DNA of 63,933 nucleotides, filler included. It is 5 parts of 5 records of this genome, joined end to end, with 100 filler letters (N's around TTAATTAATTAA, not from the genome) between each part and the next. Parts side by side here need not be neighbours in the genome. Positions count along the whole stretch, not along the records: positions 33,672 to 47,995 come from DRR378314_1305; positions 48,096 to 58,829 come from DRR378314_1308; 3 more parts are not named here. One strand, 5' to 3'. Below, in pieces: positions 39,501 through 51,800 of the stretch. The notes below the pieces were generated by a model. That model was not told where the DNA came from, did not search any database, and saw nothing but the letters and a program-made list of their open reading frames with translations. Both the position numbers and the translations under genes were made by a program. Position 1 is the first letter of the stretch. Every line of letters starts with the position of its first letter.

Positions 39501-40686
39501 TTGGAATTCTTCCACTCATTGTGTACATCCCGTATGTTGCCGTCGGCAGCAGCGATGACACGGTATGTATCGACAGCAGCTCAACAACAACGACAAAAAA
39601 AAACACAGCGCTGCACGCGCTGATATTCGCGATGCTGTTCGTATCTATATCTGGTTGATGTAGATCGTTCTGTGAATTCTGTCGCCCTCTGCCTGGGATA
39701 CCGTGATAGAACGAGGCGCTTCGTGTGCAACTTCCTCGCTGCGCGGCTTTGTCGTTGCTGTCTCGCGTGCGCTATACCCTTTGTACCGCTCCGGCACGTA
39801 CTGTTTGCCATGGCATGCGCAGAGCATGCTGCACAAGTGCGAGTGCTACAGTGTGCTAACAAAGGCGCACTTTACAGTTCACGCCAAGTCGAGGGCGGCT
39901 GACGGTTTCTGGAACGCGTTACCCTTGTTCTGCTTGCGTTTCCATCCGTGCACCTGGAACGGCAGGCTGCATTTGCGGTCGCGTGTGTCGTCACGGCTAT
40001 GACGATGTTCCTGCTTGGCTACGTCAAGGGACGCATTTCGAATACGCACGCAATTTCCTCTGGTTCGTTTTCGCGCATGTGCACCGTGCGGAATACACAG
40101 CTGTACATGGTGGAGTAGATGATAGAGTGGATCGGACGCCGTTCTGCAGGGTCTGGCGGACTCGGGTGTGTCGGGGCGCACCGGAGAGCTTGCGATCTCG
40201 TATACGTGCTGCATCGAGGGGTAGCCGCCGATTCCCGCATCGCGCTTTCCACAATCGTCTCTCGTGCGCGCGCACTGCCTGATATGTTCTCTCCCCCTTT
40301 GATTCTCTTGCTATACACCGTGCACTTGCGCAGCGATCGCAATGCTTGGGAACGGTACCCTCGCAGCATCGATGGGTTATGTCGTCGGATTTGCGACGGA
40401 GGCGGTACGTGAACTCGCGCTTGGCACCCAGTGTCGGGGATTCCGCTGCCGTACGCAAGTTGCTGCCATCGGACTCTCGTACTCGAGCTTAGCAGACTCT
40501 CTCTGCACGGTATACGCCTAACGCACTTGATTGCGGTATAGAGCCTATAGCTCGCACGCGTTCTCCGGGGCGCCTGTGGCTGCTGCGTCGAGTATTACCA
40601 ATGTGGTAGAATGCACAGCTCAATTCGTCTTGGCGTTGCGCGTGTACCTGCGGTTGCAGATTGTCGACGCGAAAACATGCGGATAG
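36570..40686 (+). CDS. VIT1: VIT1/CCC1 vacuolar iron/manganese transporter (12 exons)
   Basis: In-phase exons give YIKSIVFGGLDG-IITTFAVVAG...NLIA-DGISMGFG-DYLSEKAE...ERQREEWEMENFPDGERQEMVELY...DLMMVEELGL...FVVFGILPL...MFLLGYVKG...GNGTLAA...IVDAKTCG*. Confidence 0.92.
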
Positions 40687-41164
40687 TGGACTGAAGCGCC
40701 GTGGACTCGAGGACACGTCAGTTCATACTTTTGTTGGAGACCATTTCTTTCTTTTTTTTTCGCTCACAGTCGAGAAAAGGTCAGCGCTTTGCTTTGTTGC
40801 TGTATCACGAAATACACAAGGAGCATAGTGCCCGTTGGTCCCTTGCGCCGCGCGGCAGGTGCGCGAGCTCTCCATTGCCCAGCGCTGTCTGAGAGGCGCG
40901 GGAATGTGTCTGCTATGCCCCGCGCGTGCCCGTTGCGAGCGACTTGCTGATGCCTACCGAGCGGATAGATCACAAGGAAGCGCACGTGCAATCGCGCGCT
41001 TTCCCTCTGCCGTGCCCTGACCGGAAAGCCAAAGTGCAGCAGGAGTGTTTTATTTCCCATCCCGTCGCACAACCATTCCAATCTCGGCATCGCTCCACTA
41101 TTTTCGCAAGGAGCCCAAGTATCATACCAACACAACCAAAAGGTAAATCCCACGGAGCGTGCAT

Positions 41165-41610
41165 CTACACTTTCTTGGCGCGCTTCGGAGGCACCGTCGG
41201 CACAGAAGAGTCTTCTGCATCATCATCTACATCAGCCCCAACGTCTTCGCCAAAATTACGCTCGTCAAAAGAAGCGCGCGTTTCCCCTATGCAAACACGC
41301 ACAGGCGCAGTGCGGCAAGAGCGAACACGTTAGCCAAGGGTCCAGACGCCGGCAAAGGCTACCACCAACCCGGTCGAGCAGCGCGCCTTTGCTGCAGACA
41401 ATCTACCTGAACAAGAAGCAAGAGCCGTGATGCAAGGTTTTGCAGCGCCCCACGAGGCTCCGGCGCCTTTCCGACGAGCAGCGCGCCCGGAACGTGTCAC
41501 AACGCAACCTGCACGCACCTCGTGCAGACGCTTCCGCTGCCTCGCGCTCCACAGCCTCGGACAGACGCTCATTGACGCGCGCGGCTAAATCCGCAATTGC
41601 CGCCTCCGTA
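41165..41610 (-). CDS. 3' exons of a hypothetical protein with acidic tail and NLS-like end (upstream exons unresolved)
   Basis: TEAAIADLAARVNERLSEAVEREAAEASAR G|gtgcgt joins in phase to ETRASFDERNFGEDVGADVDDDAEDSSVPTVPPKRAKKV*. Confidence 0.45.
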
Positions 41611-43439
41611 CTGCATACCAGCCATTAACAAATCCATCTCAAATTGAAACAGAGGCAAGCACGAGCAAAGAAGCATTCTTGCGCTGCCAATCGACCGCCT
41701 CTGCTCGCCAGCACACTCGTAAAGAAGCAGGAATCGGAACCAGCAGTGGCGCGCTGATCACTGCGCGCCCACTGGTTTGGTTTGGAAACCGCTACCTGCT
41801 CTTCACGCCATGCCTAAAATTCGCATGCATTTGTAATCAAACACATGCATGCACAAGTTTCAAAATGTACACGATCCTGAAATCGCAAGCTAGCGCCAGC
41901 AGAGCGCACGCGGGGAAAGAGCGCGTGCAGCGGAACCTTGGCAGGAGCACCGTCCAGCACAGCGCCTTGGCTGGCAAAGCGCGCGCTGCGGCCTCGCCGC
42001 CCAAGTTGCAGTACAGCATGCATGAATGAGAACCGCCGCCCCATAAGCACAATGGAAGAGTATAAATACACAGAACACTTTCCAACCACGAAGTAGAACG
42101 TGCGCGGCGACCACAGCGTACCCCGCGCTGGCGCGCGTCCGAGGCGGCAAGCCGCATCAGCACAGCGGGGAACGCACCTCGCGAGCGACGGCCCACAGTC
42201 TGCCGCAAGGGATCCGTGTTTGCCGAACAAACACCATCGAGCTTCCGCACTAGACATCGGCACACCTGGAGAGTTCTTTCTTGGCAGGGTACCTTGCGAC
42301 GCGCCCGCCTTGCTCTCTCTTTCAGATAGGTCAGGATGCCGAGTGCAGCCACGCGACGGGGGATTCCAGGCGCGACGGCCAGAGCGTACCAAATACGGGC
42401 GTGCCGTCGGAGTCCACAATGCAGAATCTAGGCATTACCTTTATTCAGGAGAAAAAGAGACTTAGCACAGGGTTCCGTTTGCAGACCTCCTCCGCCGAGC
42501 GCCTACTCTGCTGTGCAGCAACTGCGCGAAGATAGACGCATACGCAGCCCTGTATAAATACGCTTGCGTACGACATGATACAGGCGATCCGCGCAGGTTG
42601 TTGAGGGACAGGACGAGGGCGAACCCAAACCGCATGAGTGGAGAATTCTCCGCGCTGGACAGCGCTGCAGGTCGCCAGGAACGCACATCACCTACCCTAG
42701 TCTTAACCACAAGTGAGCAGGCTGACCCTGGAGCTGCGGCGCGCTCCAGCAACGCGGCAGTGGAACTTCACTGCCCGCCAGGAAACTTTCCCCTACCATC
42801 GCCTCCACCCCACCCCTACGCCTACATGCGCCTGCGTCGCTGATAGAAACGCCAGCGGTCACTTGCGACTACGCAACGCCGTGGAGATATCTGAGGCATA
42901 CAGCTACAACGACAAAGAAGCTACCGTTTCACCCAATTCCACTGATTTCCTTCGCTTGAAAATCGTGCCCTACGGATAGGGGGGGTGGCGAGCTGCGCAA
43001 GTCGACAGCGCGAATTCCTACAAGTGACGTGTTCGTCAATCTCCCTAAGTCCTACGCCCACATTTTTCTGTCTCATATATGCACAAGGCATTATTCCCTC
43101 TGCGTGTCGTCAGCGGGAAGCGGAGCATACACGTGTGTGGAACCTCTTCGTGCGAAAACGAAGACAAAGAAACGCAAAACCTCGTGCTTCGGGCACCCCC
43201 AGTGGTGCTTTCTTTCTTTGCCGTGGGGTAGCAGGCGAGCAAGTGACAAACACAACACCCCTCCTTGGCAAGAACACGCGCTAGCACTTTTCCAGTACTT
43301 GAAGCTATCTACACGCTTCCGCAAGTGTCGTATCAGTGTGGCCTAAGAACGGGAGCTGGCTACGAATAACGGTGCTCGGATATTGCACGCACAGAGTGGA
43401 TCGGATCGCCCACAACCCGCGCGCGTGCGTCTCCGTACG

Positions 43440-46319
43440 ATGGAGCTTGGTGCCACGCCGGTGGCGCCTCGGATGCCTTTGGAGAGACCAAAACAACCTC
43501 TGCGGTTGGGGTCGACATCTGAAGCGCACTTCATGTCACATGCGTCGCTTTACAAACAATCCGCATTTTCCTTGCGGCGTGTTGGGGACGCAATATCTCT
43601 CCCGCAGAACCTGCACACGCTCTCGCTCTCGCCGGCGTCCTTCGAAGCGGTGGCCCGCCTCGCTGTCCCAAGCAGATCGCAGCGTCTTCTCGATGTTTGT
43701 ACAGTAGCTGGATGTCTTGCTGATGTCTTACTTGCTCCGTTCGCGGCCAGCTTTTACGAACAAGGAGCAGAGCTCGAGCTCCCGACATGGATGCTCGTGC
43801 TGAGTGCACTCGTTACCCTGCTGCTGGCTACACGCGGAGTCTCCCGCGTCCGCCGCGCACGGGCCGTTGCTGCCAAGTTTATGCGACGTTCCACCGACCT
43901 TGGGAACGCGGCGTCAGTAACAAAAGGGCTCGAACGCGCTGGTTGGCTTGACATTGCACTCAGCTTTCCACCTGACCTTGTCGTGGCGGCGTTGGCGCGC
44001 ACTGTTCCGCGCGCGGAAGCGCTGAGCGTGTACCGCTGGCTACTGTGGACGCACACTGCACGCTCCGTCGTTCTTATGCCGCTTGCGTCGATATCCGACG
44101 GAGCTACCTATTTACGCGGCGTGGCTCTCATGCTTCTGTTTATTCTCATCATCCATATCCTTTCCTGTGCTTGGATGAGCCTTGCTCGGAGCGAGCTGGA
44201 CAGCGAGTACGCTCCGCAGACGCCCGTGCTTCCATGGGCCTGCCGATCCGGTACCCTGTGCTGCAGGGTGGAGAACGCGGACGCAGGCGAGCAGGCAGCC
44301 TGCTTGCAGGTCTCCTCTGCGGGAACACAATGGGTTACTTCCGTGTATTTTGTCACACAGACCTTGACGACAATTGGATTTGGGGATGTCAGCGCGCAAA
44401 CGCGTACAGAGCGCTTCATTACAGTAATACTCATGCTGCTGGGTGTCAACATGTACGCCGTAATCTTCGGAAACATCACGACCTTGCTACAAAGCCTTGA
44501 CCGCCGCGACCAGCACTTCCGCGAGCAGCGGATGGCCATGTCAGAGCTTGTGCGCCGCTACAAGCTGTCCAACGATATTCAACACACTCTCGCAAGCTAT
44601 GCAGATTTGCGACATCGGCTTGCGTTCGACGTCGAGGCCGAAATTGTGCTTCGAGATCTTCCCACAGCAGTGCGCCGAGACGTCCTTCGCGAAATGCACG
44701 AGCACGCCTTGCGCAGGATGCCGATTTTTCGCGACGCGCCGCGCACTCTAATAGGCATTGCGGTGACGTACCTACGCCGTGAACTGATTTTACCCGGAAC
44801 AGTTGTGCACGAAGAAGGCGAGCCATGCCTATCTGTGATTATCGTGCAGTCTGGGTCGCTCCGAAAGGAACGCATAACGTCGCGGGGTGCGCGCGCTGCA
44901 GGGACAGTACGTGCAGGAGAATATATAGGTTTGGCAGAGGCACTATCCGGAGGCCGCTTCCGCTCGTCGCTCCGCGCCAACACGTTCTGCGATACGTACT
45001 ATCTGCAAGTCGAGGACTTGGTGAAAATCATTCACACATTTCCCGAATTTGGAGATCAGGTGGTCGCGGTGGGAAAGGACGATCTGGCCACGACCGAGAC
45101 AGGAACGTCGCACGCCCACCTGACCTCTGCCTCGCACTTGCACTCCCCAGCGCTGCGACGTGTTGACACAGAGTCCGAGTCGAATCTCCACGACGACACA
45201 CCCGCACAAGATTCGCGTGTGGAAGAGAGCGCGGCTTTGCCGGAACATCCTTCAGAGCCAAAGAGAACAAAGTCGGAGGCGGATATGCGAGCGCATCCTA
45301 CACCTCCAGCTCTATGGCGCGCGGGTACCGCGATTCCACGCAGCACACAGTCTGCAGCCCAAGGCACTCCTGGCGGTCTCGTTGCATCCGAGCCGGGACT
45401 AGGTCGTGTCGTGCGCGTATCGCGATCCCTGCGAAATCTGCGAGCACACGAAGTCGGAGGTCCACTGGAAAATGTCCCGGAAGAAGGCAGCGACGGTGGA
45501 TCGTCGTCGACGCCGCGAAGCCGACACGGGAGCACGCAAGATCCTGACCACGCTTGTCCGAGCCCTTCCGCAACAGCCACACCCGTCGACGCAAGGCTTC
45601 AGGACAGCAGAGACATCGAGCCAATCAACCGGTCGCAGGCTTCCATCAACGCAGAACACACGCCGGAGATTCCCCAACGGCCGCAGATTTTCACCGGCGC
45701 TCTTGCACGGTTGTCACAGGCGGACGGTGACTCGCCCACCGCAGCTCGCGCAGGCCAGTCGATGCCGGAGAGCCCTCACGGATACGGCTACGGGGACATT
45801 GATAGCCCACGTGTTCCGCGCAATCTAACTCCTCGAAACGATGCATTGCATGTAATGTCCCGCATGCGATCCACCTATCAGAGTCGTTCGCTGAGAACGA
45901 TCCATTCTGCATCAACGTTGTCACTGCTTCCAGAGCGGGCAGCGGACGGTACGCTGCTGGCAAGCCCAAGCAGCTTCCGCGACGCCGCCGACGACATTTC
46001 CATCGACGGCTCCGACGTCGCTGTGAACGACGAAGTATACGTTAGCTCCCTCTCAGCTCTACCTGGCGTTGCATCTGCAGGGAGGCGCATGTCTATTGTC
46101 TCCGCATCAGGGTATCCTCCGGACCCCGCATCCGGCTCGTCCGCGCACGACGTCGAGCGTGTGGCGCTCAGCGGCCTCGCGAGCGCGCAACATGCTCCTG
46201 CGGCTTTCGCGAATGGCGATCTCGCTGCTACCCTTGCCAACCTACAGGAAGCAGTTTCGCGCATCGAGTCTACAGTGCAGACTCTGGCACACTCAATCCC
46301 AGAAGCCGAGGCTTCGTAA
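43440..46319 (+). CDS. 6-TM K+ channel with C-linker/cyclic-nucleotide-binding-homology domain (KCNH/EAG-like), intronless, long low-complexity C-tail
   Basis: Pore WVTSVYFVTQTLTTIGFGDV, S6 MLLGVNMYAVIFGNIT, C-linker VLRDLPTAVRRDV, CNBD VRAGEYIG...LRANTFCD, terminal coiled coil. First ATG at 43440. Confidence 0.88.
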   Translation: MELGATPVAPRMPLERPKQPLRLGSTSEAHFMSHASLYKQSAFSLRRVGDAISLPQNLHTLSLSPASFEAVARLAVPSRSQRLLDVCTVAGCLADVLLAPFAASFYEQGAELELPTWMLVLSALVTLLLATRGVSRVRRARAVAAKFMRRSTDLGNAASVTKGLERAGWLDIALSFPPDLVVAALARTVPRAEALSVYRWLLWTHTARSVVLMPLASISDGATYLRGVALMLLFILIIHILSCAWMSLARSELDSEYAPQTPVLPWACRSGTLCCRVENADAGEQAACLQVSSAGTQWVTSVYFVTQTLTTIGFGDVSAQTRTERFITVILMLLGVNMYAVIFGNITTLLQSLDRRDQHFREQRMAMSELVRRYKLSNDIQHTLASYADLRHRLAFDVEAEIVLRDLPTAVRRDVLREMHEHALRRMPIFRDAPRTLIGIAVTYLRRELILPGTVVHEEGEPCLSVIIVQSGSLRKERITSRGARAAGTVRAGEYIGLAEALSGGRFRSSLRANTFCDTYYLQVEDLVKIIHTFPEFGDQVVAVGKDDLATTETGTSHAHLTSASHLHSPALRRVDTESESNLHDDTPAQDSRVEESAALPEHPSEPKRTKSEADMRAHPTPPALWRAGTAIPRSTQSAAQGTPGGLVASEPGLGRVVRVSRSLRNLRAHEVGGPLENVPEEGSDGGSSSTPRSRHGSTQDPDHACPSPSATATPVDARLQDSRDIEPINRSQASINAEHTPEIPQRPQIFTGALARLSQADGDSPTAARAGQSMPESPHGYGYGDIDSPRVPRNLTPRNDALHVMSRMRSTYQSRSLRTIHSASTLSLLPERAADGTLLASPSSFRDAADDISIDGSDVAVNDEVYVSSLSALPGVASAGRRMSIVSASGYPPDPASGSSAHDVERVALSGLASAQHAPAAFANGDLAATLANLQEAVSRIESTVQTLAHSIPEAEAS

Positions 46320-46928
46320 TGTGCTGGCCCCGCGCTGGTAATGCGGATTTCGTTTCGTTGCCCCAGGTTGCGAGTTCAGCCCTCCCTCCCCCCGTCCCGC
46401 GCTGAACGCGCGCCGGCCGGCAGATGGCGCATGGCGGCTCACAAGCTGCGAGGGGATAGGCCTGCGCGGGCGCGCGAACACGCCAGCGACCACATCTTGT
46501 GCCATTCTGCGGCGTGCTACCAGACGGTGCGCGGCACTGCGTGCATGAGCTTCGTCAGCGCAGCTTTTCGTTCGTTTTCTTCCCTCGTGCGTGGCATGCA
46601 AGGCCAAAAGAGTACGCCGCCGAAGGCAGGCGGCCTCTGTCTTCGCTCTGGGCCGTGGGGAGGTGGGTGGTAGCAGAAAGCAGACCGCCGTTGGGGTGAT
46701 GGAAACTCGTGGCGTTCTTGCAGTACAGGAAGCCGATAGGGCGTGGCCGCAAACATCCTCACAATGTACAAAAAGCGATGTATTCGATATCGCCGCGATC
46801 CTTGAGCGTCGTGCACAGGATGGCAGTGACCATGGCGAAACAGCTCTGGGAAGGGGTCGCAGTGGGCGCGTGGAGGAAACGGCAGGGCGTGCCCCGCGCT
46901 CCCGCCGCGCATTTGCCGACGTGTCGCT

Positions 46929-47925
46929 TTAGTGCACGCGGCTGTCACCATCGATGTCGGTCTCGAGGTCGTGCAGCCGCGACGCAAGCCCGTCGAGTCT
47001 GTCTGACTTTTGCGTGAGTTCGTCGGCAATCTTGCGCAGTCTCTCAGCAAGCGAGCCGGCTGTCAAACCCGCATGAAGTGCAACCAGTGTGCGGGGGATA
47101 CACAACGAAGGGGATGAACACAATAAACAAAAGAAACAGATGCCCGGTGGTGGGCGACTCGATGAGAATGGCTATGAATCCACGGCGTGATCCAGTGCAC
47201 GCCGCGCCCTCGCCTACACCGTTGTGCAGCGCCCCGCACTATTGCCCACACCGCCCTATGCACACAAACCAACCGGAAATCCGAGCCAGCCGCGAGAAAG
47301 GGCATCTTGCGCTCATCATGATGATGTCCTTCAGCAGCAATCGCGAAAGTGGCAGCAAGATACGCGGCTGCGTCATCCTGTTCCAACGTGTACCAGTCTT
47401 TGGGATGTCTTGAGGAAGGAGGAGCACAGCGCCGCCCATACGCCAGGAGCTGGCAAAGCAACTTGCTGTTTCATTTCGGCACTCTCTATGAAGCAAATAA
47501 CTGGTTCTACGATAACGAGAGATAAGCATGGCGCGGTACACTTGGGGCGACCGGCCCGCGAATGCACGCAGCGGTCGCTGTGCGGCTGGCGCGCCGATAA
47601 TCCCCGCCGGCGCCTACGTACCGCCGTAGTCGTCTGCAAGGTCGGCGTCGTCAATCTCCGCATCACTGCGCGCACTCGCCGGCGCCTGCACGCGCAAGTC
47701 GCGTCGAGCATAAGAGGAGCAATATGATACCGACAAATCGGTGGCGAGGAGCGGTCGGAGAAAGGGGTGAGAAGGCACATAGTTCTCATCGAGCAGGCCA
47801 GGCGTTGTGGGCTCCACGCCCCGGGCTCTTTCTGGTGACCTTCTCCGGACGGATACTCACCCGCCGCGCAGCCGCACAGATTTCGGCGCCAATCACCTCT
47901 ACATTGTACGTAATGACAGACGCTG
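46929..47925 (-). CDS. 3' part of a spliced hypothetical protein ending in a coiled coil
   Basis: Donors gtgagt, gtacgt and gttggt. Last exon GSLAERLRKIADELTQKSDRLDGLASRLHDLETDIDGDSRVH*. Confidence 0.4.
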
Positions 47926-47972
47926 CGAAAAGCGCAGCTGCGGGGAGGAGCCTCTTCGACACGGCCACACAA

Positions 47973-47995
47973 ACACACACACACACACACACACA
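47973..47995. repeat. (AC)n microsatellite at contig end
   Basis: Directly visible, probable cause of the assembly break. Confidence 0.9.
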
Positions 47996-48095
47996 NNNNN
48001 NNNNNNNNNNNNNNNNNNNNNNNNNNNNNNNNNNNNNNNTTAATTAATTAANNNNNNNNNNNNNNNNNNNNNNNNNNNNNNNNNNNNNNNNNNNN
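47996..48095. other. Artificial contig linker
   Basis: N44-TTAATTAATTAA-N44. Confidence 0.98.
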
Positions 48096-48819
48096 AAAAA
48101 AATGTAGGCGCCCGCTCAAACAGAAGCAGCCACGGTCCAGTTCACGTCCATGGCGGTATCAACGATATAGATATCGCGCCGAGAATGCCAACCGAACTAT
48201 TGCTACTTCTATCGCACGCAACAGCAGGCGAAGGCAGCATTTGCCGGTAAGCGCAGCGCTCGAACAGAAAGTACTTGGAAATCCTGTGAGCGAAGCGCTT
48301 AGGACAGAAAGCCACCAACGCAGCCAGTCCATGCACATCCATGCAAGCACATAGGCATGCATTTCTACGCACGATTGACAATCACGTCACGCACAGAGCA
48401 TGGCCTCGATTCACTATTCCAAGTTGTCTGGCCACCATAGCCATTCATGCGCATCACGCTGTTTTCCTTCGTCCAGTGGAACCAAGGAAAGCAAACAATG
48501 CGGGCAAAGGCGGAATTTGGACCTGGGTGTAAACGACTGAAGCGCATGTTTAGCTACCTCGCGCGCACGAGAAACTAAAATTTTCGCACGCAGTGTCAAA
48601 TGCCGATGCTGCGTCGATGGGGCAGGACGAGCAAACGGAACTGCTGGACACGCGACTACGGAAACACTGATAACACTCGCGTGCCCTAGCATACACTGCT
48701 CGATTCACGGCGCGCCGCATACCGGATTGGAACCTCTTGCGGAGACGCAGAGACTACAGCGACTTACACCTCTGCATCGAACCGCTTGCAAGGGCGCGTG
48801 CAGTGAACACACCACTTTC

Positions 48820-51800
48820 TTCCCGTATCCGACAAGAAGCTTGTTTCCCACGTGAAGCGCAATGCCCACATCTCCAAATTCCCACTTGATTTTGTATACA
48901 GTGCGGGATACTCCGTCAGGCCAGTGCTTGCACTCGTCTTCAACAGTAGCTTCCGAGACATCCGCAATAGTCTTGTACGTCTCGAGCTGCGCGACAGCGT
49001 CGCTTACTCCCGAGACATCATACGACCCGACAAGCGACATGGGCTTGTCAAACAGCAAAGGATCCGCAGTGCTTTGGAGGCTTTCATCCGGTTTCTCGTC
49101 CGCCTCCTTGCCATCCGGTGTCGATTTTGCTACTGGTTCTTGAGAAACATCTACTCCCCCGCACATACACGCGCGCCCGAGAAACAAACACATAAGCACC
49201 AGACACCGAGTAAGAACACAGACACTACAAAGGGCATATGGATAGAGTAGCGAAGCAAAAGAACTCCCAGTTGCAACGCACGCTGCGCGAACGGCACATG
49301 AGTGCAAAGCATATCGAGACAGCTACGGTACGGCTGGCAAAGCGGCGAAACCCACATACCAGGAGTGCGCGCCCAGCGCTCCAGATTCCCCTTTTCGGAC
49401 ACGTAATACGTTCCGTCAAGATGGCCGGTAGCGAAATTGATCGTGTACACCACAAGCCCAGGTGCAAACGCCATGGCGAGCATCGAGTCTTCCACGGTTG
49501 CAACTGATCTCTTCGGTGCGCTGCGCGGTTCCCCAAAGAACTGCATCGGTTCATTTCCGCAACGTTCAAGACCACCAGGAGCACAGCGACATGGCTCAGA
49601 ATGCCAGGAATACGCATCGAAACATTACACTATAGCCCATGTACATTTGTTCATATGGAATCGAGAGACTCTGGCAACTACATGGCAACACGGAACCCAC
49701 CAGGCGCTTCGCAGCGCAGCAAACGAAAAAGAAACGGGCGCACAAAGAGGCAAACATTCACACACACATCCGGCTGCCCCAATGCAGAACCACGCGCATA
49801 TACTGCCGTCGAGCGAGTACGAGATTCTTGTGCTCTGGCGTGCGCATACATACCGAAATGTCGTAAACGGGCTGGAAGAGAGCTGCATCCTGCTGAAGCG
49901 GCGAAACAATAAACTCACGCTGCTTGCCGCCTTTCAGGGCAAACGTTGCAGTCCGGGAAGTGCCGCTTGGATCTATACGAGGACGGAAACGCAAGGGGAA
50001 ACAAGGCGGGAAGCTCCATGTTAGCTCTGTGGTCAGCAAACAATTCATCGCCGCACAGGTCATGCCGCGGATCGCAGAGAAAGAAAGGTACTTCGCCCAG
50101 ACTCCAAAGCGAATGACGCCCCCAAATGAAGCACGTTCTTACAAAAGACACGGTAAGAAAGCGCCACTACCAACACTTGGATGCCTTACGATCGGGAAAC
50201 GAGAGCCCTGAAACACCGCAAGGGGGAGGGGAAGCTGCAAATAAACCAAATCGAAGCACGTAGAGCCTACTATTTGCCAAACACCGAGCAAAGGCTTTTT
50301 TTTGGGGTGGCTTGCATACATTAGCACAGCACAAATGCAACATGGCCAGCAAACGCGAGCGGAAGAAAGGGAAAGGAAAACCAGCGCCCATCCGTTCGTC
50401 TCAAATTCGGTGGGTGGATTCGCGCAACATACCCTGCACAACATATACTCCGGTCACTTCTGATAGATGCCTCTCATACTTTGGGACACACGATATTACA
50501 CGGCGGCGAAGATCTTGATCATCTTCTGATGGTCGCGAGCCGTTCCTGCAGAAGAGCGGGCCCTGCACCTCGACCTCGTACACACACGTTTTCGTCTACA
50601 AACGCGAAACAGAAGAAGCAAAAATAAAATCGAACGTACATTAACAACACCATCCTCACGCACATGTCTCTTTCCAGCCCGTGGACTATCCAGAGGAAGG
50701 CGTGATCAAGCGCATTCATACGCGGGTGCGAATATTCGACAGCATACCTCTTTGAAGCTCGCCACACTTGCCACCTGGGCACTCTTCCCTTCGTGACCGA
50801 TGCTACACCTGCAAACGGATCCAAGCAAATCAAATACAAAAAACCGAGAGAAGCACGCGCGTGTCGCGACTTATTAGTAAAGAAGCAAGAACCGCGCATG
50901 AATACCATCGCATACCACGTGCGTGAAAGGGGTACAGTGTTCCGCGGAGTTGCGAGAACAGAGGAAGCGGAAATCGATGGTCGTGTGCATAGCTTTCCAG
51001 CGCGAAGTAGCCAAGTTTCAGACAGGACATCGCAGCAGCGCGTCGCATAGGCAGGTCGCAATTCCATCCAGATACGAGCAGCCAAACGACACACCCATAG
51101 GAACTTCACGTCTCGGAGAAGTGACAGCATATTTGCGGCCAGCGCTCGAGCCAGGCAGGCGAAATGTTGCCAAGCCGATGTCTGATATGGCTGCCCTGCA
51201 ACTATACAGCGACGAGCAGTGCGCAGCACGCGAACAGCTACACAGTGCAATGGAGTTTCACGAACAACAAACATACCGATACGTAACATTTACACTGCGC
51301 GCTTTACCAATGTTTGCGCACATTTCTCCGTCATCGTACGCATCTCTGAAAAACAAAGAGTCTTGGGAGCTCTCTTTAATGATGAGCTCAGGCTCTTTGG
51401 TACTGCTTTTTCCAAGCATATACTCCTCTGCGAGTTCACCCTGTTCAACGAGCGAGCGAAAAAAAAAACATGACAACAAAGGACGTCATAAGGCGCAGGG
51501 TTTCAACGCAAGACGCGCCTAACAGAAATGAAGCGCAATATAGCCGTTAGACTGGGTCGCAAACGTGAACGCGCTTGTGTGCGTGAAACGGGACAGCGCA
51601 CGAACGTTTGCCCTTGGTATCGACACAAAATTCATGCGAAATCGAAGGGTGCAACGCAGTAGCGAGCTCGACTTCAAGGCAAACGGAAGAGAATCGCGCG
51701 CGATACGTCTGCTCATGCGTACTGAGTTACGCCGCATAGGAAACGCGTACCTTTTCATTATTATGGAATTGCCGGACATGTTTTCCGATACACAGTTCCA

